From Bacteroidota bacterium (lineage in GTDB: Bacteria; Bacteroidota; Ignavibacteria; UBA10030), in contig JAOAFT010000011.1 in NCBI GenBank assembly GCA_026416125.1, positions 150 through 64,149 on the forward strand: a stretch of 64,000 nt of DNA. Direction: 5' to 3'. Below, in pieces: positions 24,218 through 32,502 of this stretch; position 1 is the first letter of the stretch, and each line of letters begins with the position of its first letter. The position numbers and the translations under genes were made by a program. The notes under the pieces are model-generated. The model was not told where the DNA came from and searched no databases. It saw only the letters and a list, made by a program, of their open reading frames with translations.

Positions 24218-25888
24218 TTACACTTGTAACGTCGCTCCTGTGTGAGCACTTGTAACAAACTTAGCATATCGACGCAACCATTTACTTTGAACTTTCGGTG
24301 TAAAAGGAGGTAGCTCTGCCAAACGTTTTCGAAGTTCTTCATCACTTAAACGTACATTGAGTGATCGCGCATGAATATCAATATCGATAATATCTCCATT
24401 CCGAAGTGCAGCAATGGGGCCACCAGCAGCTGCTTCAGGAGAAATGTGTCCCACACACACACCACGTGTTCCCCCAGAAAAACGTCCATCTGTGATCAAT
24501 GCAACTTTTTCTCCGAGCCCCATTCCCATCAATGCAGATGTTGGTGAAAGCATTTCCTGCATCCCTGGTCCGCCTCGCGGGCCTTCGTACCGAATAACAA
24601 CAACTTCACCTTCTTTTACTTCACCTGCTAGAATGCCCCTCAGTGCATCTTCTTGACTCTCATAAATACGTGCAGGACCACTATGTTTATGCATTGATGG
24701 CACTACCCCTGCTGTTTTCAGTACCGAGCCCTTAGGTGCTAAGTTTCCAAAAAGTATAACAAGTCCACCTTTCTCAGAATGAGGATTCGTAGAAGGACGA
24801 ATTACTTCGTAATCTTTGACCTCGGCAGGGTCTATAATTTCACGCAGTGTTTTCCCAGTAACAGTTTTTCTCTCAAGGTGCAATAAATCAGGATTCTTCT
24901 TTACAACTTCTTTTAAGAGCGCTGGTATCCCTCCAGCTCTATGTAAATCCTCAATATGCCATGGTCCTGAAGGACTGATTTTTACAAGATGTGGAGTTCT
25001 ATCTGCTATTTCATTAATACGCTCGAGTGGATACTCAATACCAGCCTCATAACAAAAAGCCAATGTATGAAGAACGGTATTTGTACTACCTCCCATTGCT
25101 ACGTCGAGAACAAATGCATCGTCAATAGCTTCCCTTGTTACAATATCCAATGGTCGTACATTCTTTGCAATTAGATCTAAGATGAGTGTTCCAGCTTGGC
25201 GAGCAAGTTCTTCACGTTCTGATGTTTGAGCTAGAGCCGTACCATTATATGGCAATGCTAATCCCAATACTTCAAGCAAACAATTCATCGAATTCGCTGT
25301 AAATAGACCTGAACACGAACCGCAAGATGGACACGCATATTGTTCGAGCACCTTTAAATGCTCTTCAGATATTTTCCCAGCTTTGTACGATCCAACACCT
25401 TCAAACACTGAAATCAAATCAATAACTTTCCCATCAGGTGTTTTCCCCGCCCACATAGGTCCACCAGAAACAAACACCGCAGGGATGTTAGCTCTCAATG
25501 CTGCCATTATCATACCAGGGACAATCTTGTCACAATTAGGAATGCATACCATCCCATCAAATTGGTGTGCCTCGATCATTGACTCGACACAGTCAGCAAT
25601 GAGTTCGCGAGAAGGAAGACTATATTTCATTCCTTCGTGTCCCATTGCTATACCATCATCAATTCCTATAGTGTTAAATTCGAATGGTACACCACCTGCT
25701 TTTCTAATTGCATCTTTCACGACCTTCGCAAAATCTTGCAAATGAACATGTCCTGGAACAATATCAGTGTATGAATTAACAACAGCAACAAACGGCTTAG
25801 CAAAATCTTCTTCACGTACACCCGTTGCACGTAAAAGTGCTCGATGTGGCGCCCGCTCAAATCCCCTCTTTATTTTATCACTCCGCAT
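24218..25888 (-). CDS. ilvD: dihydroxy-acid dehydratase
   Basis: The ATG at 25888 (MRSDKIKRG) is preceded by GGAGG. IlvD/Edd family Fe-S motifs are present ([15 protein letters not shown]). The 14-codon upstream extension in the ORF track would run through the terminator hairpin. Confidence 0.95.
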   Translation of the reverse strand: MRSDKIKRGFERAPHRALLRATGVREEDFAKPFVAVVNSYTDIVPGHVHLQDFAKVVKDAIRKAGGVPFEFNTIGIDDGIAMGHEGMKYSLPSRELIADCVESMIEAHQFDGMVCIPNCDKIVPGMIMAALRANIPAVFVSGGPMWAGKTPDGKVIDLISVFEGVGSYKAGKISEEHLKVLEQYACPSCGSCSGLFTANSMNCLLEVLGLALPYNGTALAQTSEREELARQAGTLILDLIAKNVRPLDIVTREAIDDAFVLDVAMGGSTNTVLHTLAFCYEAGIEYPLERINEIADRTPHLVKISPSGPWHIEDLHRAGGIPALLKEVVKKNPDLLHLERKTVTGKTLREIIDPAEVKDYEVIRPSTNPHSEKGGLVILFGNLAPKGSVLKTAGVVPSMHKHSGPARIYESQEDALRGILAGEVKEGEVVVIRYEGPRGGPGMQEMLSPTSALMGMGLGEKVALITDGRFSGGTRGVCVGHISPEAAAGGPIAALRNGDIIDIDIHARSLNVRLSDEELRKRLAELPPFTPKVQSKWLRRYAKFVTSAHTGATLQV

Positions 25889-25910
25889 AATACCTCCAAT
25901 GCTCAGTTTA

Positions 25911-25941
25911 CAAAAATTAAGCCTCTTCATCTGCCAGAGGC
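25911..25941 (-). terminator. attenuator terminator (segments 3:4) upstream of ilvD
   Basis: Minus strand reads GCCTCT-ggcagatga-AGAGGC followed by TTAATTTTTG. It sits 22 nt upstream of the ilvD start codon. Confidence 0.55.
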
Positions 25942-25995
25942 AACGTTGCAGGATTTATGACGTTGGGGGGTGCTTCGTTCGCCTCTGGCTCATCC

Positions 25996-26139
25996 TTAGC
26001 CAAAAATTACAAGGCTAATAATAAGGATGAGGAGGCTAAGAATATTGGTTGGTACAAAAGTGAAAACAGATAGTACTCCGACTCGGTTGGTAACCTCTTC
26101 AGAAGCCTGAGTAATGAGTATGTTCCTTCTCTGTTTCAC
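25996..26139 (-). CDS. putative ilv leader peptide (47 aa if GTG-initiated)
   Basis: The reading frame contains no ATG. The GTG at 26139 lies about 25-30 nt downstream of the predicted -10. The last 15 codons include 11 Ile/Leu/Val codons. The start codon is uncertain. Confidence 0.4.
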   Translation of the reverse strand: MKQRRNILITQASEEVTNRVGVLSVFTFVPTNILSLLILIISLVIFG

Positions 26140-26166
26140 TTTACCGTAGTAAATAATTCTATTCAC

Positions 26167-26195
26167 AGAATAATAAAAACTAATGGCAATGTCAA
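26167..26195 (-). promoter_or_regulatory. sigma70-like promoter, TTGACA-17 nt-TATTCT
   Basis: Read on the minus strand as cTTGACAttgccattagtttttatTATTCTgtg, immediately upstream of the leader. Confidence 0.4.
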
Positions 26196-26214
26196 GTAGT
26201 ACTAAAAAGATTTT

Positions 26215-26739
26215 TTATTGGCCTTTTCTTGTCAATTGCTGTCTTACTACTTTCTCAAGGTGAAGATGCTCCTCTGCTGAGATTTTGAAAACTTCCCGAA
26301 GTTTCTCTAATCGCTCAACATCATCTTCTGTTATTTTTCCATCCGACCAAGCTGCTTTCAAAGCCTGAGTATAAATCTCCCGATAAATGGAATGAAGCAC
26401 CTTTAGGTGGACTTCGTCATTGATACCTAGTGTTTTCCTAAGGGTTGAAAGTAAAACGTCCTCATCTTTACTTATGACTCCATCCGCTAATGCCTGCCTG
26501 AGCGCATTAGTATATGCCTGGAGTGGATTGATGGAAGTTGATTGAACATGGTACGATGGCTGTTGAGAAGATGCCTGGAGACCGTGGTTCTTCTCTTTCG
26601 CTTGGTTACCTGCCTCTGGTGCTGGGGATGGCACTTGTGTCTCTAATTCTTGAGAAACTATTCCTGCTTTTTTCTTTTGCTCAAGAATCTTGCGCTTAAG
26701 TTCTTCTGCCTTCCTTCGCTGTTCTTCAAGATCAGACAT
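26215..26739 (-). CDS. hypothetical protein: Lys/Glu-rich coiled coil, low-complexity linker and two tandem helical repeats (TerB/DjlA-N-like)
   Basis: ATG at 26739; the tracked start at 26751 is a TTG. The two repeats DGVISKDEDVLLSTLRKTLGINDEVH and DGKITEDDVERLEKLREVFKISAEEH resemble each other. No enzymatic motif was found. Confidence 0.55.
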   Translation of the reverse strand: MSDLEEQRRKAEELKRKILEQKKKAGIVSQELETQVPSPAPEAGNQAKEKNHGLQASSQQPSYHVQSTSINPLQAYTNALRQALADGVISKDEDVLLSTLRKTLGINDEVHLKVLHSIYREIYTQALKAAWSDGKITEDDVERLEKLREVFKISAEEHLHLEKVVRQQLTRKGQ

Positions 26740-26747
26740 ATGTATTA

Positions 26748-26921
26748 TCAAAGTTTATCAGGTACTGTTTTAAAAGCATCACCAAACAGTTCACGTGGTG
26801 CTGTCGAGGAGTCATAAAGCTCCTCATATTCATCCCCTACCTTGAGGTGCTTTTTCCAGATCCAAAGTCCAAAAGCAATTGCTACTCCAAGTGCAATACC
26901 AATAAAAAGGTATCGTTTCAT
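26748..26921 (-). CDS. small single-pass membrane protein (57 aa)
   Basis: The ATG at 26921 has AAAGGGGA 7 nt upstream. One hydrophobic helix (YLFIGIALGVAIAFGLWIW). The stop lies 8 nt before the next start. Confidence 0.5.
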   Translation of the reverse strand: MKRYLFIGIALGVAIAFGLWIWKKHLKVGDEYEELYDSSTAPRELFGDAFKTVPDKL

Positions 26922-26979
26922 TGACCGATCCCCTTTTGAATGTTCACCTACTTTATTATGCACCTCCCCTTTTCCACCA

Positions 26980-27216
26980 CTATTGCTGTATCTGTTGCTC
27001 AGAAGGCGTACTTCCCATTCCTTGTGGTTCTGTTTCTTGTGCCATCTTTGCTTTTATTTCTTGAACTTCATTTCGAATTTCCTGTGCTTTGCGTTTTAAC
27101 ACAGCCATATGCTTACGGAGACGCACACCAGCAGACTTATTTTTTTTCAAGTAGAATTTATCAAAATCTGACTTAAATGTGGCAATTAAGTCAAGTAACT
27201 CTTGATAACGATCCAT
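26980..27216 (-). CDS. histone H1-like nucleoid protein (Hc1 family)
   Basis: 78 aa with GGAGGA upstream. The motif FDKFYLKKNKSAGVRLRKHM..LKRKAQEIR matches the pattern of small histone H1/Hc1-like proteins of Bacteroidota and Chlamydia. Confidence 0.7.
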   Translation of the reverse strand: MDRYQELLDLIATFKSDFDKFYLKKNKSAGVRLRKHMAVLKRKAQEIRNEVQEIKAKMAQETEPQGMGSTPSEQQIQQ

Positions 27217-27246
27217 AAGAAGTCCTCCATGAGTTTATGTATGATA

Positions 27247-28359
27247 CTAAGAATCTCTCTTGATTTTTTCGTACCAATTCTCTGCCCTTTTCCTTAATCG
27301 AGCAACCAACAGTTCTCGTTCACGATATAACCGCTTCAACTTTCTTGGTTTCCGTTTCGCTAAAGCATATGAAACCAAAATCGGCATTGCAATTGTCGAA
27401 TCCACATAGCAAACAACAGTATCTGGTAACTGATGTGGATCAACCTTTCCCCAACTCACAGCTTCGGAAGGTGTTGCTCCAGAAAGCCCTCCAGTATCGG
27501 GGCGAGCATCGGTAATTTGAATAAAGTAGTCATGTCCATTTTCTTTTATGCGCAAAATTTCCTGAATTTGTGGTTCCGTTTGCAGCATAAAATTCTTAGG
27601 GGACCCACCACCAAAAATCAAGAGACCACTTTTCCCACCATTTTGCTTAGCATTATATACAATCGCTGTTGTTTCATTAACATCAGCTAATGGATTCAGT
27701 CGAATTTTACTATCAAACAATGAAAATGCTGCAACACTCATTCCAAGCGAACTATCACCAGGTGAAGAAGTATACACCGGTACCTGATACCGATATGCAG
27801 TCCCTAAAACGCTCTCGTAGGGAGTTTGTAACATACGCTCGCGCTCAGCAATGTATTTTCCTAGCAGATAATGAAACTCTGCTGTACTCATTTCTTTTTG
27901 GAATTCAGAAGATCGTAATATGGTTTGAATATACTCATCAGTATCAAGCAATACCTCGTAATCAAAGAGAATATCGTAAATACGAATTACTCTCTCTCTC
28001 CTGAGCACTCGATCATCTACAAAAGGTGAACCTCGATGAAGTGCATGTCCAACAACAAAGTGGATGTCATGATACAAATTAGCCCCTGTACTAACAATCC
28101 AATCAACAAACCCGGCTTTCATGAGGGGAACAACGCAAGATCCTCCCAATCCTGCTGGTGTGAGAGCGCCCGTTAAACTCATTCCAACGGTAACATCAGG
28201 CTCTAACATTTTTTCAACAAATATACGAGCCGCTTCAGACAGTCGAGCAGCATTGTATGCTTGAAAATGTTGCTCAATGAGCTCAATAATCGAGATGTTC
28301 TTTTTTACGGGTTTAGGGTTAATTCTCTGCCCACTCAGCAATCTGCTTTTTTGATTCAT
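27247..28359 (-). CDS. deoxyhypusine synthase-like protein
   Basis: 370 aa with DHS-family motifs: [33 protein letters not shown] and [18 protein letters not shown]. Confidence 0.8.
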   Translation of the reverse strand: MNQKSRLLSGQRINPKPVKKNISIIELIEQHFQAYNAARLSEAARIFVEKMLEPDVTVGMSLTGALTPAGLGGSCVVPLMKAGFVDWIVSTGANLYHDIHFVVGHALHRGSPFVDDRVLRRERVIRIYDILFDYEVLLDTDEYIQTILRSSEFQKEMSTAEFHYLLGKYIAERERMLQTPYESVLGTAYRYQVPVYTSSPGDSSLGMSVAAFSLFDSKIRLNPLADVNETTAIVYNAKQNGGKSGLLIFGGGSPKNFMLQTEPQIQEILRIKENGHDYFIQITDARPDTGGLSGATPSEAVSWGKVDPHQLPDTVVCYVDSTIAMPILVSYALAKRKPRKLKRLYRERELLVARLRKRAENWYEKIKRDS

Positions 28360-28564
28360 TTTTTGGTGTTAGAAGTATTCACACATTACCATTTACTCAT
28401 AGTATCAAGATACGTAATAGAAACAGAGAAGTCAAAGGGAAATACCCAAAATTCTATCAAAACTGAATGTAAGAACACTTGTTACTTTTCTGTATTTACA
28501 AAATTACCAGCTACTGCACTACTTTTCTTTACAATTACAAGTTTTAGGTTCATCTTGTGTTACA

Positions 28565-28616
28565 ACAAAAAAATGAAGCCCACCTCCTAATAGGCGGGGA
28601 GGAGGCAGGCTTCATT
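28565..28616 (-). terminator. rho-independent terminator
   Basis: Minus strand reads AATGAAGCCTGCCTCCTCC-ccgcctatt-AGGAGGTGGGCTTCATT followed by TTTTTTTG. It lies about 255 nt downstream of the xylA stop. Confidence 0.65.
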
Positions 28617-28871
28617 GTTAGCGCGTGTGTAAGGCTGAAGTAGAAAGCTGTAGATGTTGGCTGTGGGCATTGCCCACACTCGTTAGGGTGTACCTCAAAA
28701 CCCATCTAATTGAGTAGCAAGTACTATACCATATTAATTATCCATTGTAATTACTTAAAACGCGTAGTATTTAGAAATTCATCGACAAAATGATGTTCAC
28801 ACATTCAAAAATTGATAATATTGCCAAAGAACATGTTATCAAAATAATAACGAGCAAGCAGTCTTACCATT

Positions 28872-30197
28872 TTACACTATGTACGAATTAATAATGTTCT
28901 CGAGAAGCTCGATTCTGCCACTCTTTACCGTAGGCGTGGGATTATTCTGGACCCATGCATCCAGCTCTTCAAAACCAACTTTTCCAGCAATAATAGATTG
29001 ACCAAGTTCTTCTTTAAATGTAGCATACCGCTCTTCAAGGAACGAGTCTAAAATCTTGTCCTCTAGAATTCGATGAGCAATGAGAAGTCCACGCGCAAAC
29101 GCATCCATACCACCAATATGACCGTAAAACAAATCTATAGGGTCTGTTGAAGTACGTCGTACTTTCGCGTCAAAGTTCAAACCACCTTTTCCTAAACCAT
29201 TCTGACGTAAAATAACAAGCATTGCAAATGTTGTACTATATAAATCTGTTGGAAATTGATCAGTATCCCATCCAAGTAAAAGATCACCTCGATTCGCATC
29301 CACGCTTCCAAGTTTTCCTGCAGCTGAAGCAACAGTCAGCTCATGCTCAAATGTATTCCCTGCGAGCGTTGCATGGTTTGCTTCGATGTTCAATTTGAAG
29401 TGATCTAACAATCCGTAACGACTTAGGAAGTAAAGCGTTGTTGCTGCAGTAGAGTCGTACTGATGCTTCATTGGCTCAGCAGGTTTTGGTTCAATAAGAA
29501 ATTGCCCTTCAAAACCAATTTTCTTTTTGTACTCAACTGCCATGTGTAGAAAACGTGCAAGTTGTTCTTGTTCAAACTGCAAATTTGTATTTAATAAATT
29601 TTCATATCCCTCACGTCCACCCCAAAAGACGTAATTTTCACCACCAAGCTCTTGTGTTGCATCAATTGCATGCTTCACCTGTGCCGCCGCCGTGGCAAAC
29701 ACACGTGCATCCGGACTCGTTGCTGCACCTTGAGCATATATTGGATTACTGAAGAGATTCGCTGTTCCCCACAGTAATTTTACCCCCGTCTCATTCTGTA
29801 ATTTTTTTGCAAGTTGCACCATCTTTTCCAAGTTCTTGCAAGATTCTGCAAATGTCTCACCCTCTGGTGCAATATCACGATCGTGAAAACAATAATAATC
29901 TACACCAAGTTTTTGAAAAAATTCAAATGCCGCTTCTAATGTCTCTTCAGCTCGTTTCATTGGATTACTTGATGCTCTCCAAGGACAAACAAAGGTCGGT
30001 GCACCAAACATATCTTGGCCATCTCCCATGAATGTATGCCAAAAGGCAACTGCAATTCGGAGATGTTCTGCCATTGTTTTATTACCGACTTTCTGATTTT
30101 TATTGTAGTACTTAAACGCTAGGGGGTTTTTAGAATCCTTCCCCTCATATTCTACTGGCTTTTGAATTTCTGGAAAATACTTATTCAACATTAGCAT
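28872..30197 (-). CDS. xylA: xylose isomerase (class II)
   Basis: 441 aa with the N-terminus [27 protein letters not shown], the WGGREG motif and metal ligands. The alternative ATG at 30191 is equally possible. Confidence 0.95.
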   Translation of the reverse strand: MLMLNKYFPEIQKPVEYEGKDSKNPLAFKYYNKNQKVGNKTMAEHLRIAVAFWHTFMGDGQDMFGAPTFVCPWRASSNPMKRAEETLEAAFEFFQKLGVDYYCFHDRDIAPEGETFAESCKNLEKMVQLAKKLQNETGVKLLWGTANLFSNPIYAQGAATSPDARVFATAAAQVKHAIDATQELGGENYVFWGGREGYENLLNTNLQFEQEQLARFLHMAVEYKKKIGFEGQFLIEPKPAEPMKHQYDSTAATTLYFLSRYGLLDHFKLNIEANHATLAGNTFEHELTVASAAGKLGSVDANRGDLLLGWDTDQFPTDLYSTTFAMLVILRQNGLGKGGLNFDAKVRRTSTDPIDLFYGHIGGMDAFARGLLIAHRILEDKILDSFLEERYATFKEELGQSIIAGKVGFEELDAWVQNNPTPTVKSGRIELLENIINSYIV

Positions 30198-30314
30198 TAA
30201 CCCTTTACGAAGTATTCAATTATATCAGTTCAATATGGTTTAGAACGATTCTATATTATAAATACTTATAATAAAAGTCAAGTATAAATCTTAAAAAGTT
30301 CATGAACGCATCTT

Positions 30315-32177
30315 TTATTCTATACTGGGGTATGCCCCTATGTATGTTTTTCCAATAGAACTTCTTAAGTATTGACGTATGATGGATGGAATTTTTTTCC
30401 CTTGTAATGTACTACTGAATTGCGGAAGAAGCCGCGGATTTTGAAGTTCAACGCTTTTCAAAATACTTCCCCTATAGTTCAGAAACTCGAAATTATTATT
30501 TGCAACTGCATTTTCATTTTGAAAATCTGTAACCGAACTGTAGAACACTTGGCATTGAGTGTTTTGGTATGGACCCCATAAAATTAGTGCGTTTGTTAGA
30601 GGATAGTGTGTGACAAAAACATTATGTTCAACTTCTTTTACCTGTGGTGTAGTAAGTATTGAGCATAGTGCTGCTGGTTGCCACACAAATAAAAGAGGTC
30701 GATTATGTTGTTCATCTGCTACTAGTAAATTATTTACAAACACATGTCCATCACGCCTATTAATATCGGGTCCTGTGCTTGCATGCCAACCGAAGTGATC
30801 TCCCGCTGCCACACGAGCATTTCTCCCTATACAAGCCATGCTATTGATGAAGGTATTATTGTAAATTTGAACATCAGAGCTATTTAGTATCAACAATCCA
30901 TGATCACAGTTTACAAATACATTCCCAGCGCAAATTGCACCTTTCGATATTTCAAAGAAAAAGCCGTTGTCACTTGGCCACAACTGATCTGTTCGTATGG
31001 AGGTTCGAGTATTTCCCACATTGACAATCCAATTGTTGACAAAAATACCGTCGACATTACCAACATCGTACCAAATTCCATTTGAATTTGGATGATCAAT
31101 TACAAGATTATCATTACAGGTTACTCGATAACATTGGTTAAATATCTTGACAGCCGCAGGATAATAGCCAGTGATATTCTCAATGTTATTTTTTTTGAAA
31201 ATATTCTTCTCAAGTATCACATCGTTTGAGCTTAATATGTAAAGCCCTTCAGTACTTGTATTACTTATTTCACAGTGTCGGAATACCATGCTATCTCCCC
31301 GGAAGTATCCAGCTACCCGTGAGCAGTAACTTATTGTACAATGTTCAAACACCGAACCAATAACATCTTTTCCATGGTCTTTCTCTGGTGAAATTCCTTC
31401 CGGATCTTTTCCTTCGATCTCAAGTGCACGGTATGCATACTGGGTAAATGTGATTCCTCGCAGTACAATGCCTCGTCGATCAGATTTTTTCCCATGGCAT
31501 TCTTTTATCGTTCGTAAAATTGCGATATCAAATGCGGTAATTTCTACACAGTGTTGTTGTGGATTTGTTCCAATATATACATACTTATTATCATAGTCGA
31601 TGTAGTATGAATCTTCAGTGACTTCACCTTCCCATCCAACAGACTGTAAAAATTTTCCATCGATAAACACCATGTCGTTGTTGAATTTATGTAATGGTGT
31701 TTTTTTCCCTTCCCGCTCCCTTCTCCACCAATCAGCCGGTTTTGACGGAAATAGACGATCCCACCGTGTACGCCAAAGCCCATTACCTAAATCGTGCCAT
31801 TGTTGAGCAATGAATGTCCCTTTGAAGATTGGATGCTCATCCCTGTATGGCTGAATTGTTATTCCCTGATTCACAATAAGATTCCCTGTACGATAAATGC
31901 CTCCTCGAAGAATTATAACATCGCCTGTTCGAACCTGTTCAATTGCCTTTTCAATTGTGGTAGGGTTATCTACTGTATGACCCTGACTCGCTGGATTGCC
32001 ATTAGGGGCAACATAATAGAGTTTACCGTACACCTTCGGTATTTCATATGTCACATGTTGTGGACCATATGGACCTCCCGATGGTTGAGTATTTAGAACA
32101 TTAGAAAGAATAACGAGGAAAAATAAATAAACTCTTATTCGTATTATTCTATTGTTGCCTCGCTCATGTTTCATCAT
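30315..32177 (-). CDS. secreted right-handed parallel beta-helix protein, uncharacterised (possible polysaccharide lyase or hydrolase)
   Basis: 620 aa with a signal peptide. The N-terminal cap YYVAPNGN...DNPTTIEKAIEQVRTGDVIILRGGIY is typical of pectate-lyase-fold proteins, and PbH1-like repeats (N/C-rich turns) recur. No T9SS tail is present. Confidence 0.65.
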   Translation of the reverse strand: MMKHERGNNRIIRIRVYLFFLVILSNVLNTQPSGGPYGPQHVTYEIPKVYGKLYYVAPNGNPASQGHTVDNPTTIEKAIEQVRTGDVIILRGGIYRTGNLIVNQGITIQPYRDEHPIFKGTFIAQQWHDLGNGLWRTRWDRLFPSKPADWWRREREGKKTPLHKFNNDMVFIDGKFLQSVGWEGEVTEDSYYIDYDNKYVYIGTNPQQHCVEITAFDIAILRTIKECHGKKSDRRGIVLRGITFTQYAYRALEIEGKDPEGISPEKDHGKDVIGSVFEHCTISYCSRVAGYFRGDSMVFRHCEISNTSTEGLYILSSNDVILEKNIFKKNNIENITGYYPAAVKIFNQCYRVTCNDNLVIDHPNSNGIWYDVGNVDGIFVNNWIVNVGNTRTSIRTDQLWPSDNGFFFEISKGAICAGNVFVNCDHGLLILNSSDVQIYNNTFINSMACIGRNARVAAGDHFGWHASTGPDINRRDGHVFVNNLLVADEQHNRPLLFVWQPAALCSILTTPQVKEVEHNVFVTHYPLTNALILWGPYQNTQCQVFYSSVTDFQNENAVANNNFEFLNYRGSILKSVELQNPRLLPQFSSTLQGKKIPSIIRQYLRSSIGKTYIGAYPSIE

Positions 32178-32440
32178 AATTCGTTACCCTTTCGGTATAC
32201 ATTCGAAATTAATACTTTACATACCATCGAATAAACTACTTGCGTTCCCCCAATCACTTAAGAAGGCAGGATCGACCACTTAATCCAGAACATAAAAAAG
32301 CCACTCACTCAGTTTGTTACTCACCCACATAAATTAAGAAACATGTCTTTCGACTTTTTTATCGTGTGCCTTTAAAAGAATAAAAGCATTCTTCCTCGTG
32401 CTCTAACAACCATCGACAAATCAATCTCTAATGAATGTAC

Positions 32441-32491
32441 TACCAAAAACAGGTAAGCCAGAGAACACACTTGCAGAGTTGAGTTCTCTGG
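32441..32491 (-). terminator. terminator-like hairpin after the GH10 operon
   Basis: Minus strand reads CCAGAGAAC-(16 nt)-GTTCTCTGG followed by cttacctgTTTTTgg. It begins 12 nt after the stop at 32503. Confidence 0.55.
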
Positions 32492-32502
32492 CTTGCCAAC
32501 CA

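Larger units (their letters stand above)
25911..26139 (-). promoter_or_regulatory. Ile/Leu/Val leader-peptide transcription attenuator of the ilv-leu-thr supraoperon
   Basis: A short ORF ends ...NILSLLILIISLVIFG-stop. Its coding segment GCCTCCTCATCCTTA pairs with the downstream TAAGGATGAG(cca)GAGGC (1:2). GCCAGAGGC pairs perfectly with GCCTCTGGC 39 nt later (2:3, antiterminator). GCCTCT pairs with AGAGGC followed by a U-run (3:4, terminator). Confidence 0.6.

Noticed and set aside
25889-25930. A 14-codon upstream extension of ilvD ([14 protein letters not shown]).
   Set aside because: It would be translated through the attenuator terminator and its U-run. The GGAGG before the ATG at 25888 and the conserved IlvD N-terminus MRSDKIKRG support the shorter form.
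28380-28871. tRNA, rRNA or another known RNA gene in the largest intergenic region.
   Set aside because: I could find no cloverleaf-compatible sequence, T-loop (GTTCGAATC-like) motif or rRNA-like conserved block by eye. Only a terminator and a speculative sRNA or UTR remain.
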